A stretch of DNA of 64,000 bases. It comes from Bacillota bacterium. GTDB taxonomy: Bacteria > Bacillota > Sulfobacillia > DUMF01. A model generated the notes under the pieces. That model searched no databases, was not told the origin of the DNA, and saw only the letters and a program-made list of their open reading frames with translations. This document shows, piece after piece, positions 1-10,814 of the stretch (position 1 is its first letter; each line of letters begins with the position of its first letter). Made by a program: the position numbers and the translations under genes. The stretch is from the NCBI GenBank assembly GCA_049718765.1, contig JBNARI010000002.1, positions 10,052 to 74,051 on the forward strand. The letters run 5' to 3'.

Positions 1-357
1 AGGCCAATCTCCCTACCAAAAGCCCCGCCAGCTCCTGTGATAACTGCCACTTTACCTTGTAACCGCACAACAGTCACTCTCCTTCCAGCAGAGTCTCTTC
101 CAGTATCTCGATAACCCACCAAGCTACATCGGCACAAGATAAACTGCTCAACAGCCCCGCTACACCTGGGATTTCTCGAGTTTCCCCTGTAGGAATCAGA
201 AAAACACGTCCTCTGCAGCAACTGTCTAAGGCTGCCCTGTTCGGTCTTGGTTCCCAGAATTCCATGGTTATGCTCATCGGCCAGCAAAGCAGACTTTGCC
301 GCCAGGGATACCCAAATACCGGCCACTGACCCACCGTGTGGGGTCCTCTTCCGGAAG

Positions 358-1167
358 TCAGCTTTCGACCGCTTGCTGCTCCGTGAGTTCTTCCACACAT
401 CTTTCCCGGTAGCCGAGTCCGCGCGAGATTTCGGCCGCAGTGGAGGTTACCAGATCTGTAGCTCGACGGAGGTTGTCCCCCGATAGCCTCGCCACCGGTC
501 CAGAAACGGAAATGGCCGCGCACACCTTACCGGTGTGATCCCGAATGGGAGCAGCTACGCACCTCAAGCTATCCATTATTTCTTCGTTGTCAATGGCATA
601 CCCTTGAGCACGTACTTTGATTAACTCCTGTTCCAAGAGCTTGGGGTCGGTGATGGTGTTGCGCGTAAACCGGGGCAAGCCCTTGGACGAGATAATCCAC
701 TTTAGCTCTGCCGGACTCAGGTGGGCCAAGAGAACCTTCCCCACTCCAGTACAGTGCGCCGGCAGCCTCATGCCCACCTGGGAGACAATTCTCAAGGACT
801 GCCGGCTCTCCCGCTTGTCTATATACAGCACCTCACCCCTGTCCAATATCACGAGGTGGACAGTCTCTCCCAGTTCATCCACGAGTTGCTCAATGTAAGG
901 GGCCGCGACGGCACGGACATCCCAGCGGCGCGCCACGATGCTCCCCAACTCAAACAGCCTTAGCCCAAGCCTGTATCTCCCGGTAAACGCCGATTGCTCT
1001 ACATACCCTAACTCCCGTAACGTCGTCAGGATACCGTAGGCCGTACTCTTGGCTATGCCAAGCTTCCCAGCAACATCATGGAGGGCCAATTCGTCTTGAG
1101 CCTCGGCGAGCACATCCAAGATCTTCATGGCCTTTGCTACGGACTTTATCAGATGACTGGTTTCCAA
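358..1167 (-). CDS. IclR family transcriptional regulator
   Basis: N-terminal winged HTH ('AKAMKILDVLAEAQDELALHDVAGKLGIAKSTAYGILTTLRELGYV') followed by a roughly 170-aa effector-binding domain typical of IclR regulators. 269 aa, in the usual 250-280 aa size range. Confidence 0.85.
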   Translation of the reverse strand: METSHLIKSVAKAMKILDVLAEAQDELALHDVAGKLGIAKSTAYGILTTLRELGYVEQSAFTGRYRLGLRLFELGSIVARRWDVRAVAAPYIEQLVDELGETVHLVILDRGEVLYIDKRESRQSLRIVSQVGMRLPAHCTGVGKVLLAHLSPAELKWIISSKGLPRFTRNTITDPKLLEQELIKVRAQGYAIDNEEIMDSLRCVAAPIRDHTGKVCAAISVSGPVARLSGDNLRRATDLVTSTAAEISRGLGYRERCVEELTEQQAVES

Positions 1168-1382
1168 ACGGCTCTACCTCCTGACCCGGCTCACCTATGG
1201 GGCCGGTGGTATCAACCCGCAGCTAATCAATGAATTCGTGATAGCCAATGATCTTTCCTGCTGCACCTTTCGGGAACAGCTCTGCCCTCGTGCCTTGGCT
1301 GGCTCCCTCATTTCAGAGGCAAGCGGCATGGGCGGTCAACCACCACCCAGCCGCCATAGAAGAACAGGGTCGCCCGGGCCAC

Positions 1383-2573
1383 TTATTCCTTCAGCACCAT
1401 TTCCTTGGGCCAACGGGTAAGCAGTTGGTTACCTTCCTCACCTACGTAGATCACGTCGGTAACCCTCGGACCTCCTACCCCTGGCAGGTAGATAGTAGAC
1501 AGTAGCAAGTCCACCACCATGCCAGCTGCAATGGTTTCGGTTCTTCCCTTGCCGATGATAGGATAGAACTCCGACTGCCTGATCCCCACACCATAGCCCG
1601 TTACGTCCAAGAACCATTCACCGTAACCACAAGCCTCAACTACCTCCCTGGCAGCCCTGTCCACCTCGGAGACAGGCTGGCCTGGCTTCAGGGCTTCAAT
1701 GGCAGCTTCTTGTGCTTCTACAAGGACGCGATGGGTCTCCATTACTTGCCGAGGTATCTCACCTACGCCCACAGTGCGGCACATCTTACTACAATAGCCC
1801 CGGTACGTCGCGCCCAGGTGGATGACTACCACCTCGCCTGCTTGGATCCGTCGGTTTGAGGCACAAGGATGGGTAAGAAGCACGCGTTCCCCGGCTGTCA
1901 CCTGAGCCCTGAAGGGTGACCCTTCCGAGCCCGCCTTGAGCATTGCATACTCAGCCTCAGCCAGCACTTCCAGTTCCGTTACGCCGACCTTCACTGCCTC
2001 AACCGCCGCCTTCATGCCCGCCACTACCGCATGGGAGGCCTGCCGTATGCACTCTACCTCCTCGGGTTCCTTTATCGAGCGTAGCTGGTATATTACACCG
2101 GACGCATCCACCATGCGGGCGTGCGGCAGGGCTTCGCGGAGGTATTGGTAAACAGGGAAGGTGACAAAGTACCGCTCAAAACCGATGGTGTCAACAGGAT
2201 ACCTTTGTTGTCTTATGCATTCCACCATTTTGCCGGCCAGATGTTCCCGTGGGAACCGGTAGCCATAGGTAAGCAGCCCCGTCTCTCGGGCCACGTAGTC
2301 AGCATCGAGCCAAATCGTGACCGCACACGGCTCGCCTTCCGCCGGTACAAGGAGCGCCAGGCACTCAACCTGAGTCAGACCAGTGAAGTATATGATGTTT
2401 TCCCGGTTGTTGATAATGGCCAGGGGTATTCCCCCCTGGCCGAGCCTTTCCTGTAGCCGCAACAGACGTTTCCTAACCCAAGGATGCACAGACACCTGCC
2501 TCCTTTTTCGTACCCAATTCTCAGCGTCCGGGCTGTGCCTCAAAATCCTTGGGCTCCATAATGTACGAAACAA
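1383..2573 (-). CDS. M24 family metallopeptidase (Xaa-Pro aminopeptidase/creatinase-like)
   Basis: Creatinase-type N-domain ('LAIINNRENIIYFTGL') plus C-terminal pita-bread domain ('VVVIHLGATYRGYCSKMCRTVGVGEIP') with conserved metal-ligand spacing. The 5' end overlaps the neighbouring gene, so the true start is uncertain. Confidence 0.7.
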   Translation of the reverse strand: MFRTLWSPRILRHSPDAENWVRKRRQVSVHPWVRKRLLRLQERLGQGGIPLAIINNRENIIYFTGLTQVECLALLVPAEGEPCAVTIWLDADYVARETGLLTYGYRFPREHLAGKMVECIRQQRYPVDTIGFERYFVTFPVYQYLREALPHARMVDASGVIYQLRSIKEPEEVECIRQASHAVVAGMKAAVEAVKVGVTELEVLAEAEYAMLKAGSEGSPFRAQVTAGERVLLTHPCASNRRIQAGEVVVIHLGATYRGYCSKMCRTVGVGEIPRQVMETHRVLVEAQEAAIEALKPGQPVSEVDRAAREVVEACGYGEWFLDVTGYGVGIRQSEFYPIIGKGRTETIAAGMVVDLLLSTIYLPGVGGPRVTDVIYVGEEGNQLLTRWPKEMVLKE

Positions 2574-3792
2574 TTACTCCTACCACCAAGGACCAGAAAG
2601 GTGCGCCAATCTTCAATATCGTTATGCCCGACATCCCTACAACCAAAGCGAAGAAGGCCCCATACCTGAACTTTCTCGAGGCGAAGGCTAATTCAAACGC
2701 ACTAAGCAGTACCCCGATCATTGAAAGACCGGCCAAAACGTTCACCAAGTCTGCGGGCAGTGCCTTCACAAACGGAACGGCCACGCTGGCAAATAACCCG
2801 AAAGACCCAAATGTAAGGCCATTTATGAAGGTTGCAGCGTACCTCGCCGACTTATCGGGCCCTGCTTCGTCCGAAGAGCAGATCGCCGTCATCGGCCCAG
2901 CTATATTGGCGTTATGCCCTCCAAAGAATGAAGTTATTATTCCCCCAATTCCGCTGATCACAGTCATGGCGTTTATGGGCGCCTTGTAACCCTGTGCTGT
3001 AAGGACTCCATAGGCCTGAGCGTTTTCTGCCCCTATCACTAGAACAGCCAAAGGTATAGCGACAGCAAGCAGGGCACCAACCGAAAACGAAGGAACATAC
3101 AATTGAGGAGATACCCATCCAACCTTGACGCCCGACAACGTGGAACCTCCTGCGGACAGAGCCACAACCACTCCGACCACTAGGGACCACAATATTGGAG
3201 AGATCTTCTTGCTCACCCTTTGCCCCACAAAGTAGGCTATAATTGCTGACCCGGCTACAATTGGGGCTTTTTGGGTCGAAGTCACTATGCCGAGCCCAAA
3301 TCTAATCATTGCCCCAGCAATCATTCCCATTACTATAGGCAAGGGTATCCACCGCATAGCTTTGCCGATCAGACCGGAAACTCCAAGTAGCAAGACCAGT
3401 ACCCCTGCTACGAAATACGCGCCTACCACTTCCTTAAACGGGAATAACGGCAGCGCAGAAGCCATCATGACAGCTCCAGGGATGGACCAGGCGCCATTGA
3501 TTGGCATCTTATAGTACAATCCGAGGATTATGCTTATCAACCCGCCAAAGAAATAAACCGAAAACAGCCAGGATATGGTTTGAGCATCGGTAAGCTTGCC
3601 GTTCTGTGCTGAATTCATGATGATCAGCGCCGGGCCGGTGCATCCAAATATGGTGGCTACTATTCCTGCGGTAACGGTATTGGCGTTTAACTTCCCAGGC
3701 AAATCCCGCAGCCCTTCTGAAAAGCCAGGGCCTTTCTCCCATATTGCCTTTTCTCCTCCGTTGACAGCAAGATTGGACCCTACTGTGGACAT
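2521..3792 (-). CDS. BenE-like polytopic membrane transporter (benzoate:H+ symporter family)
   Basis: 423 aa, about 12 predicted TM helices. N-terminal region ('ANTVTAGIVATIFGCTGPALII') resembles the BenE family. The assignment is by family resemblance only. Confidence 0.55.
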   Translation of the reverse strand: MSTVGSNLAVNGGEKAIWEKGPGFSEGLRDLPGKLNANTVTAGIVATIFGCTGPALIIMNSAQNGKLTDAQTISWLFSVYFFGGLISIILGLYYKMPINGAWSIPGAVMMASALPLFPFKEVVGAYFVAGVLVLLLGVSGLIGKAMRWIPLPIVMGMIAGAMIRFGLGIVTSTQKAPIVAGSAIIAYFVGQRVSKKISPILWSLVVGVVVALSAGGSTLSGVKVGWVSPQLYVPSFSVGALLAVAIPLAVLVIGAENAQAYGVLTAQGYKAPINAMTVISGIGGIITSFFGGHNANIAGPMTAICSSDEAGPDKSARYAATFINGLTFGSFGLFASVAVPFVKALPADLVNVLAGLSMIGVLLSAFELAFASRKFRYGAFFALVVGMSGITILKIGAPFWSLVVGVIVSYIMEPKDFEAQPGR

Positions 3793-3944
3793 TGAACCTT
3801 TCCCCCCTTAGTAAGAGTACATGCTCTACGTACGTGCGTTCTGCTGCCGAAAAGGCTCCACACCATGACTAGCTCACCTTACCTCCGGGGGCGGCCTCCA
3901 GCAATAACCAACCGCTGGGGCCAACCCCCATTATTCACACCTCC

Positions 3945-5375
3945 TCACTTGACCATAACCGCAATACCTCTCTGGCGCAGCCACTTGGGCAAGAGGTCGT
4001 TTTCTACCCGCTCGTTCACTTCAGGCGCTTTCTTGAGCAGATACTCGCCTAGAGGTTCACTCAGATTGATGCCGCCAATAGCCCCGTCAAAGATGAGCAC
4101 TTTCTTGGTGCCGGTTACCCTGTAGGCAAATTCCATGGCAGCTTCCAACGTCTCCGACACCACAGCATGCTTCATGTAACTGAGATTCTGAGGGTCCCTG
4201 TTGAACAGTTCAGCTTGCTCGTACCCTACTACTACCGTGGGTATGTGCTCGCTGAAGAAAGCGCTGGGATACCCCGTCCAGGCGTAGTTATGGACACACA
4301 TCTTTATGGCAGGGTTGAGGGGCGGTATCTCAGGAAGAAGTGGTTTGCCCGCTTTGCCATAGAATGCCTCGGTGTACCAGGTATAGCCAGGGAACGGGTT
4401 CTCCAGGTCGTAGAGGTCAGTATTGGCACCTGTAAAGTTCGCATAGATGACCCCAGCGGAAAAGACGTAGACAACCGGGCACGGGAAGTCAAGAGCGGCT
4501 ATGCATTCATCTATTTCGCCGAAGAGGGTCATCATCTTGCCGTAATAACGGCAACCGAGCACCGTTATTCGGTCGTTGAGCGCATACAGGTCGTTATCCG
4601 CGTCGACGCCCATTATGCCGTTAGGTACTACGGTCAAGAAGCAGGCAAAGGCAAACTTCTTCTGTACGAATTCGGAATCAAAGATAGCCCTAGCTGTAAA
4701 GTTTGCCGCCCTGGGTCCGAGGTTCTGGTGATAGGTGGAACGGGTCTCAATGCGGGCATACGACATCCCGAAAGGCTTAACCGCCCTGTCCACCTGACGA
4801 TGGAAGTGGACTTCTCTTACATCGGAGTTATGAGCGTGAACGATCCAGTCGGCGTCGTAGACCTTCTTTATACCGTAAAGCGTGCCAATCTCAGTCTCGA
4901 TAGGTATACCTTCATCAATTGGCGCCACACCTATGGCCTTGCCGTTGAAGTATTGATCCAGCCCATACCGTTTTATATACTCCTCGGTTTCGCGGAAGCG
5001 AAGGCCTACCCCCGCCCTAAGCCTGATGTTCCTGCATCCCGTCCTAGCTTCGATGACGTCCTTGATAGTCTTCAGCATCTCAGCGTAGGGCTCTCCGCCC
5101 AGAAGGGTAAACCCATGGTGGGAGGCCAGTATATTCACCGAGTGCTCAGGCTTTATCATACTCATATCCACTTTTTCCAGCGCTGCAACGGTCGCCTGCC
5201 TCACCGCGGCCAGGCCTGTCGCTCCTGGGTACACCACATCAGGCAGGTCGGGAAAGAGCTCCTTGAGAGCGACTGATACCATTCCTGGAAGCTCGCAAAC
5301 CCTCTTCTTGACCAGGGCCGGGTCTATGCCATACTGCGACTTCCGCGGGGGAGTCGGCACGATAGGCGGTCTCAC
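3945..5375 (-). CDS. Conserved hypothetical enzyme (476 aa), function unknown
   Basis: Long, well-formed ORF with globular composition, co-directional and tightly packed with the ferredoxin and dmpG/dmpF/mhpD genes. I could not assign a family from the sequence. A LarA-like assignment was considered and rejected. Confidence 0.4.
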   Translation of the reverse strand: MRPPIVPTPPRKSQYGIDPALVKKRVCELPGMVSVALKELFPDLPDVVYPGATGLAAVRQATVAALEKVDMSMIKPEHSVNILASHHGFTLLGGEPYAEMLKTIKDVIEARTGCRNIRLRAGVGLRFRETEEYIKRYGLDQYFNGKAIGVAPIDEGIPIETEIGTLYGIKKVYDADWIVHAHNSDVREVHFHRQVDRAVKPFGMSYARIETRSTYHQNLGPRAANFTARAIFDSEFVQKKFAFACFLTVVPNGIMGVDADNDLYALNDRITVLGCRYYGKMMTLFGEIDECIAALDFPCPVVYVFSAGVIYANFTGANTDLYDLENPFPGYTWYTEAFYGKAGKPLLPEIPPLNPAIKMCVHNYAWTGYPSAFFSEHIPTVVVGYEQAELFNRDPQNLSYMKHAVVSETLEAAMEFAYRVTGTKKVLIFDGAIGGINLSEPLGEYLLKKAPEVNERVENDLLPKWLRQRGIAVMVK

Positions 5376-5996
5376 CTATACCTCCTCCTTTCCCTGCAAC
5401 GGTGCCGCCGCTACGCGGTCCAGAAGCTGTTCGTCCTCGTCAAAGTAGAACCCACGGCTGGCATACTTTTGCTTGACTTGCGCCGGAATATCCCACACCG
5501 TAGGGGTGCGACCGTACCACTGCCAGCCACCCTTGGGGGGCTCCGGTTTAATGCCCGCTGCTTCCAGAAGCCTCAACACGGGTTGTATGCACTCTACCTT
5601 GCAGCCGGTGCGCACGCCGGTCATGAATGAGACATCCTCAGGGGTGCGAGCGCCTTGCATGATGGCTGCCGCAACTTCCTCTGCCCGAGTACCCGAGCAG
5701 TAGCATACCACCTGCTCCGGATGCAGACGTGCCTTGCGGCAAAGCTCCTCGATGCGTCCGTATTCGGCCAAAGGAACCTCCACCTTAACCACCACGGGTT
5801 CGCTGCGCTTGGTCATAGCTATGGCATGTTCAGGACACCTCTGCTCGCAGGCAGCACAACCCCTACATCTGTTTGGGTCTACCACAGCCTTCTTGTTTTC
5901 CATCCTTATGGCGAGAACCGGACAAACGCGCTCGCATGTCCTACAGCCACGGCACTTCTCCGGGTCTACCCCTGCCAGTAGGTTGACTACCTTCAC
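5376..5996 (-). CDS. Ferredoxin with 2x[4Fe-4S] motifs plus BFD-like [2Fe-2S] domain
   Basis: Two CxxCxxCxxxCP motifs ('CRGCRTCERVCP', 'CRGCAACEQRCP'), then a BFD-like Cys cluster ('VCYCSGTRAEEVAAAI...GCKVEC'). Confidence 0.7.
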   Translation of the reverse strand: MKVVNLLAGVDPEKCRGCRTCERVCPVLAIRMENKKAVVDPNRCRGCAACEQRCPEHAIAMTKRSEPVVVKVEVPLAEYGRIEELCRKARLHPEQVVCYCSGTRAEEVAAAIMQGARTPEDVSFMTGVRTGCKVECIQPVLRLLEAAGIKPEPPKGGWQWYGRTPTVWDIPAQVKQKYASRGFYFDEDEQLLDRVAAAPLQGKEEV

Positions 5997-5999
5997 ACC

Positions 6000-7019
6000 T
6001 CATCTCCCCTTCTTCTCTTGCGCCAACTGATACGCTACATCGACGATCATGTCTTCCTGACCCCCTACCATCCTCCTCCTTCCCAACTCTACCAGGATGT
6101 CCCTCGGGTCAAGGCCAAACCTCTCTGCCGCGCGGTAGGTGTGCAAGAGAAAGCTCGAGTAAACCCCCGCGTAGCCCTGCATGAGAGGTGCGTTTCGCAC
6201 AACCTGAGGCCGGTGCATTACGGGCTCCACTAATTCCTCGGCTACATCCATGATCTTGTAAAAATTGACCCCAGTCTGATAGCCAGCTTTGTCGAGCACG
6301 CCCACCAAGGCCTCTGTTTGGGCGTTTCCGGCGCCCGCCCCCAGTCCACGGCAGGCACCGTCTAAGAAGGTCGCCCCAGCCTCTACAGCTGCCAGGCAGT
6401 TGGCGGTAGCCAGAGTTAGGTTGTTATGGGCATGAAAGCCTACGGGAACGTTAACTGCTTCCACGACGGCCGCCACCTTAGCCCTCACCTCGTCGGGCAA
6501 CATGGCACCAGCCGAGTCGGCAACATAGATATAGTCAGAGCCGTAACCCTCAAACAGTTTGGCCTGCTCCACGATCTTTTCCGGAGGGGCCATATGACAC
6601 ATCATCAGAAAACCGAATGCTTCCATACCCATTTTCTTGGCCATGCCTATATGCTGTTCGCCTATGTCAGCCTCCGTCACGTGCGTGGCAACCCTCACCG
6701 CCCGGGCGCCACAATCTATGGCCATCTTAAGGTCTTCCTGCGTACCTATACCGGGAAGAAGCAGTACCGTCAGTTTCGCCCTCTTTATGACGGGGGCCGC
6801 CGCCCGTAGCATCTCTTCATCGCTGAGAAGAGACCAGCCGTAGTTATACGAAGAGCCAGCCAATCCGTCGCCGTGTGATACTTCCACGTATTCAATTCCA
6901 GCTTCGTCCAGACCGCCCGCGATGGAGCGTATCTGTTCCTCAGTAAACTGATGAGATACGGCGTGACTTCCATCCCTAAGGGTGGTGTCTACAAGGTGAA
7001 TGTGCTTCGAGCCCTTCAT
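6000..7019 (-). CDS. dmpG: 4-hydroxy-2-oxovalerate aldolase
   Basis: Diagnostic N-terminus '[19 protein letters not shown]' (DRE-TIM aldolase). 339 aa. The stop overlaps the downstream dmpF-like start by 4 nt. Confidence 0.9.
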   Translation of the reverse strand: MKGSKHIHLVDTTLRDGSHAVSHQFTEEQIRSIAGGLDEAGIEYVEVSHGDGLAGSSYNYGWSLLSDEEMLRAAAPVIKRAKLTVLLLPGIGTQEDLKMAIDCGARAVRVATHVTEADIGEQHIGMAKKMGMEAFGFLMMCHMAPPEKIVEQAKLFEGYGSDYIYVADSAGAMLPDEVRAKVAAVVEAVNVPVGFHAHNNLTLATANCLAAVEAGATFLDGACRGLGAGAGNAQTEALVGVLDKAGYQTGVNFYKIMDVAEELVEPVMHRPQVVRNAPLMQGYAGVYSSFLLHTYRAAERFGLDPRDILVELGRRRMVGGQEDMIVDVAYQLAQEKKGR

Positions 7020-7960
7020 TCTGCCACCGCTTCCTTTCCAAGCATCTTCGCTGCCAGTCTTTCTGCCACCGCTACTGCTGCTGCAGTTATGATGTCCAGG
7101 TTACCGGAATACTTTGGAAGGAAATCTCCCGCGCCCTCGACCTCGATGATACTTGTTACCTTGTTGCCATCCAACAGCGGCGGAACCCTCAGGCGGTAAC
7201 CCGGGACATATGCCTGCACCTGGCTGACCATGTCTTCAACGGATCGGCGAATGGTTTCTTCATCGGGGCTCTCTACCTCGACGTATATGGTGTTGGTCAT
7301 GATTATGGGCGGCTCAGCCGGGTTCAAGATGATGATGGCCTTGCCCTTCCTGGCACCCCCGATAGTGCAGAGGGCTTTAGCGGTGGTCTGGGTGAACTCG
7401 TCTATATTCTGGCGTGTACCCGGGCCCGCGCTCTTGGAGGCTATAGCGGCCACGATCTCGGCATACCGTGCCCCCGCAACCCGGTTGATGGCATATACTA
7501 TGGGGATTGTAGCTTGACCCCCGCAGGTTACCATATTCAGATTAGGAACATCATAAAACTGGTTGAGATTCACAACAGGCACTACGTATGGCCCCACGGC
7601 AGCCGGGGTCAGGTCGATGGCTATCTTGCCAGCTTTTTCTAACATGGGCGCGTGTTCCAAATGATGCTTGGCGCCGGTAGCATCGAAAACGATCTTGATG
7701 CTCTCATCGTCCAGGATTGCTCCAATTCCTTCGGTCGAAGCCCGGATACCCATAGCCCTGGCCCGCTCAATACCAGGGGATTCCACTATCCCGCACATGA
7801 GCTCCATCTTAAGAAAACGACTCCGAAGCACCTTATACATTAAATCGGTACCGATGTTTCCCGGACCAATGACCGCTACCTTGATGCGCTGTTCCAACCG
7901 CTTTTCCCCCTTTTGCACCGCCAACTTCCGCGAACGTACATCCGATGCCTGACTTCTCAA
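7016..7960 (-). CDS. dmpF: Acetaldehyde dehydrogenase (acetylating)
   Basis: N-terminal Rossmann motif '[21 protein letters not shown]' and a catalytic Cys region typical of DmpF/MhpF/BphJ. 314 aa. Confidence 0.9.
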   Translation of the reverse strand: MRSQASDVRSRKLAVQKGEKRLEQRIKVAVIGPGNIGTDLMYKVLRSRFLKMELMCGIVESPGIERARAMGIRASTEGIGAILDDESIKIVFDATGAKHHLEHAPMLEKAGKIAIDLTPAAVGPYVVPVVNLNQFYDVPNLNMVTCGGQATIPIVYAINRVAGARYAEIVAAIASKSAGPGTRQNIDEFTQTTAKALCTIGGARKGKAIIILNPAEPPIIMTNTIYVEVESPDEETIRRSVEDMVSQVQAYVPGYRLRVPPLLDGNKVTSIIEVEGAGDFLPKYSGNLDIITAAAVAVAERLAAKMLGKEAVAE

Positions 7961-8730
7961 ACGAACTTAAGGCTAACGGAACCCAGCTCGCAGAAGGAGA
8001 CAGTAAAAACGTCGTTGGCGCGGGCGTCAACAGCGCCTGTTACGGCACCCGACAGTATGATCTCGCCGGCCTCCAACGCAATCCCAAAGGCCGCCAGCTT
8101 GTTGGCCAGCCATGCGACTGCTGCGGCTGGGTGTCCCCACACCGCTGCGCCAGCCCCAGTGTTTACTACCTCACCGTTTCTTTCTAAGACCATCCCCACA
8201 AGCCTCAAGTCGAGATCGTTTGCAGGTATCATCTTGCTCCCGAGGACCACGCGCGCTGCTGAAGCGTTGTCGGCCACGGTGTCCGGTAACTTTATCTTCC
8301 AGTCACGTATCCGGCTGTCCACCACCTCGATGGCTGCCATCAGTCCTTCCGTAGCCCGCAGGACATCGGCAAAGGTAACACCGGGGCCTTGAAGCTTCTC
8401 CTTCAAAACGAAAGCAATCTCCCCTTCAACCTTGGGCGAAAGTACATGACTCCTAGCCAAAGGCTCACCGGGCTGCAAAAGCATGTCGTCAAGAAGGTGA
8501 CCGTAATCCGGCTCGTTAACGCCTAAAAGTTGCTGCATGGCCTTGCTTGTCAGCCCTATTTTCTTTCCTATGACTCTGCGCCCCTGAGCGGTTTTAACGC
8601 CTATGCCGTTCAATTGAATCCGGTAAGCTTCCTCCACTGTCAGTCCTGGAAACCTTGCCGTGAGCGGCTCCACGGGTACCCTAGTCCGCTCTGCTTCCAG
8701 AAGCTCCATGGATATGGCTTGAATGTCCAT
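7957..8730 (-). CDS. mhpD: 2-keto-4-pentenoate hydratase family protein (MhpD/HpcG-like)
   Basis: 257 aa, FAH-fold hydratase family signature ('[27 protein letters not shown]'). Overlaps the dmpF start by 4 nt. Confidence 0.75.
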   Translation of the reverse strand: MDIQAISMELLEAERTRVPVEPLTARFPGLTVEEAYRIQLNGIGVKTAQGRRVIGKKIGLTSKAMQQLLGVNEPDYGHLLDDMLLQPGEPLARSHVLSPKVEGEIAFVLKEKLQGPGVTFADVLRATEGLMAAIEVVDSRIRDWKIKLPDTVADNASAARVVLGSKMIPANDLDLRLVGMVLERNGEVVNTGAGAAVWGHPAAAVAWLANKLAAFGIALEAGEIILSGAVTGAVDARANDVFTVSFCELGSVSLKFV

Positions 8731-9634
8731 CGATCACCCCTCCATTACGCATTTTCTCGTGCCAGTGTTCGCGTAGAACTGAAGCTATGCGCGCTGCAAG
8801 GCTCCGGTCATCCACGCCCTGGTTTATTCCTTCCAACAGCGCCCGGCTGGCAAGAACCACTTCATTGTGGGGACCTGGAAGGGCTACAATCCGCGTAGCA
8901 CCTACCCTCCCCACCGCAATCCGCACTCCCACCTTGTGATGCCGACGGTAATCGGGATCAAATTTGAGAATCCACGGGGTGTATGCGTTTTCATCAAGCC
9001 GCTTGATGGCCTCCACGTTCCAATCTTTATCCTCTGCGCCCACACCGCCCGTTATGACTATGAGGCCGTACCCTTGTGACAAAGCTCCTTCCAGGGTATT
9101 CAATACAGATTCCAGGTCATCATCCAGCACCCCGCCGAACTCCGCGACCATTCCTGCCGAGCCCAGGAGGTCGATAAGGAAAGGCGAGTTCGTATCCATT
9201 ATCTTTCCGTCCCTTACCTCGTTACCCGAAGCGAAGACAAGGGCTCGCCGGGAAATCATCCCTCTTATTTCATCCGCCATCTGCTCAGAGGCAGTTATGG
9301 CCCGTTTGGCTTCGTCCGGGTCCATGGCTATGAACCCCAGTACTCCTTCAGAATGAACGCTGGCCCCTGGCCCTAGCTTGACCCCTGGTACTTCCGAAAG
9401 CCGCTCCAGAAGTTCCCTGCCTTTGCCAGCCACTTTTTCGGCTTTTACCAGCCCCGCCAGTATATCAAATGCCACCACACCCGGGCGAACATCCACCACC
9501 ACAACTTCCCGGTCAGGCAAGCCGAGGACGCCCGCTGTCACCCTGGCCAGCTCTCCCAGGTCAACAGCCTCCAGTTCCATGCCTTCAATCCAAAAGGTAG
9601 TTTTGTTGAGCAGATTCCACTCCACGGCAATCAC
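8681..9634 (-). CDS. Molybdopterin-binding (MoaB/MogA/CinA-like) domain protein with N-terminal extension
   Basis: Central 'GYGLIVITGGVGAEDKD' and 'GPHNEVVLASRALLEG' segments resemble the MoCF-biosynthesis (MoaB/CinA) fold. The 3' end overlaps the mhpD start. Confidence 0.5.
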   Translation of the reverse strand: MIAVEWNLLNKTTFWIEGMELEAVDLGELARVTAGVLGLPDREVVVVDVRPGVVAFDILAGLVKAEKVAGKGRELLERLSEVPGVKLGPGASVHSEGVLGFIAMDPDEAKRAITASEQMADEIRGMISRRALVFASGNEVRDGKIMDTNSPFLIDLLGSAGMVAEFGGVLDDDLESVLNTLEGALSQGYGLIVITGGVGAEDKDWNVEAIKRLDENAYTPWILKFDPDYRRHHKVGVRIAVGRVGATRIVALPGPHNEVVLASRALLEGINQGVDDRSLAARIASVLREHWHEKMRNGGVIDGHSSHIHGASGSRAD

Positions 9635-10440
9635 TCCGGTAAACGTGCTATGACGTCAAGGCTGAAATCCAAAAGCGGCGCGTCAATGATGGCCCTACCT
9701 ACATCGATTATCTCGGCTCCAGCCTCAACTACCTCTCTTACCCTTACCCGGCTTACCGAACCTCCAAACGCTAACCGCACAGCATGCCTCAGCTCATTTG
9801 TCCTGAGGTAGTCCTCGGCAAGCACCAGATCTTGCACTTGGCCGGTATCAACCATGATTATCCCGGCCCCAGAGTAGGCTGCTTCCCGGACTTCCTCAGT
9901 AAGCGGCCCCGTTTCTCCCCTGATCTGAACTGCTATTACCCTGCCAGGGATCTGTCGGGCCGACAGTACAGCCTCTCGAATGCTCCCGAACATGCGAACG
10001 TAATTCTTGTCAAGGTAGATGAAGGGCTCATTGTCTAGAAGACGTATGCCCGCACCGCCAACCGCTATGGCCCGGCGGAGCAGCGGCCTTATGTCCCTCG
10101 GGACCTTCTTCCATGCGCCGCATACAATCCGTGCCCGTTCGCCTGCCAATGCTACCATTTCGGCAGCTTCGGTAGCCACTCCCGAAGGCTTACCAATAAT
10201 ACCCACCAGCTCCTCCTCAGCGCGAGCAACCTGCCAGGCTGAACCAACTCCCTCCAGGACTTTACTGCCAACCTCAAGGCGCGTACCTTCTCGTCCTATC
10301 CAGCGCAGCTCAATACCGAGTTCCTCGGCAGCTTTCCTCAGTTCTTCGATGCCGGCTAGGACGCCTTTTTCCCTGGCCTTGATCTCAAACAAGTATCTGT
10401 GACCTGAAAGAGGGGCAAAGAGTACATTCCGGACATCCAA
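9631..10440 (-). CDS. ModD / nicotinate-nucleotide pyrophosphorylase-like (QPRTase-fold) protein
   Basis: 269 aa. The C-terminal TIM-like half ('VIAVQIRGETGPLTEEVREAAYSGAGIIMVDTG') resembles the QPRTase/ModD family. Tentative. Confidence 0.45.
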   Translation of the reverse strand: MDVRNVLFAPLSGHRYLFEIKAREKGVLAGIEELRKAAEELGIELRWIGREGTRLEVGSKVLEGVGSAWQVARAEEELVGIIGKPSGVATEAAEMVALAGERARIVCGAWKKVPRDIRPLLRRAIAVGGAGIRLLDNEPFIYLDKNYVRMFGSIREAVLSARQIPGRVIAVQIRGETGPLTEEVREAAYSGAGIIMVDTGQVQDLVLAEDYLRTNELRHAVRLAFGGSVSRVRVREVVEAGAEIIDVGRAIIDAPLLDFSLDVIARLPE

Positions 10441-10814
10441 TGGCAGGCACTCACCCTTTCAGCACATCCCGAGTGATTGATTTCTTTGGTAGTTCGGTAT
10501 TGCGTCATGGTTCTCCTGCTGAAGGCAGCCATTGGGCATTCGGTATTATCGAAAGTTGTCTGGTGTTATCGAACAGGTTGTCCCGCACACCACCCCCTTC
10601 ATCATGGTACTGCCGGACTTGTCACTTCTCTGGCTACTGCGCTAAGCTTATGCCCGACTCGTTCGGCCCCATTCTCTATGGCCCTCCTGCTGCTCCTTGC
10701 ACTCCAAGTGAATCTCACACAATATCCAGCGCTGTTGACTTTCACCGCGAATCGTATTAACCTAAGAGTCAAGAAACCGACGTTGAAAGCTATGACTGGG
10801 AACAGTAACTGAGT

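Noticed and set aside
74-523. The 149-aa minus-strand ORF and the 79-aa plus-strand ORF at the window start
   Set aside because: The minus-strand ORF overlaps the IclR gene out of frame, and the plus-strand ORF is antisense to it. Both have an Arg/Gly/Pro-rich composition. No support.
3945-5375. Assigning the 476-aa protein to the LarA/DUF2088 nickel-pincer racemase family
   Set aside because: The conserved LarA motifs I recall (SDHTRP, KxHxxAGFSGG) are not recognisable in the sequence. It is left as unknown.
10783-10811. A sigma-70-like promoter (TTGAAA ... TAACTG) for the T-box leader
   Set aside because: The -10 candidate is weak and the spacing is ambiguous. It is not reported as a feature.
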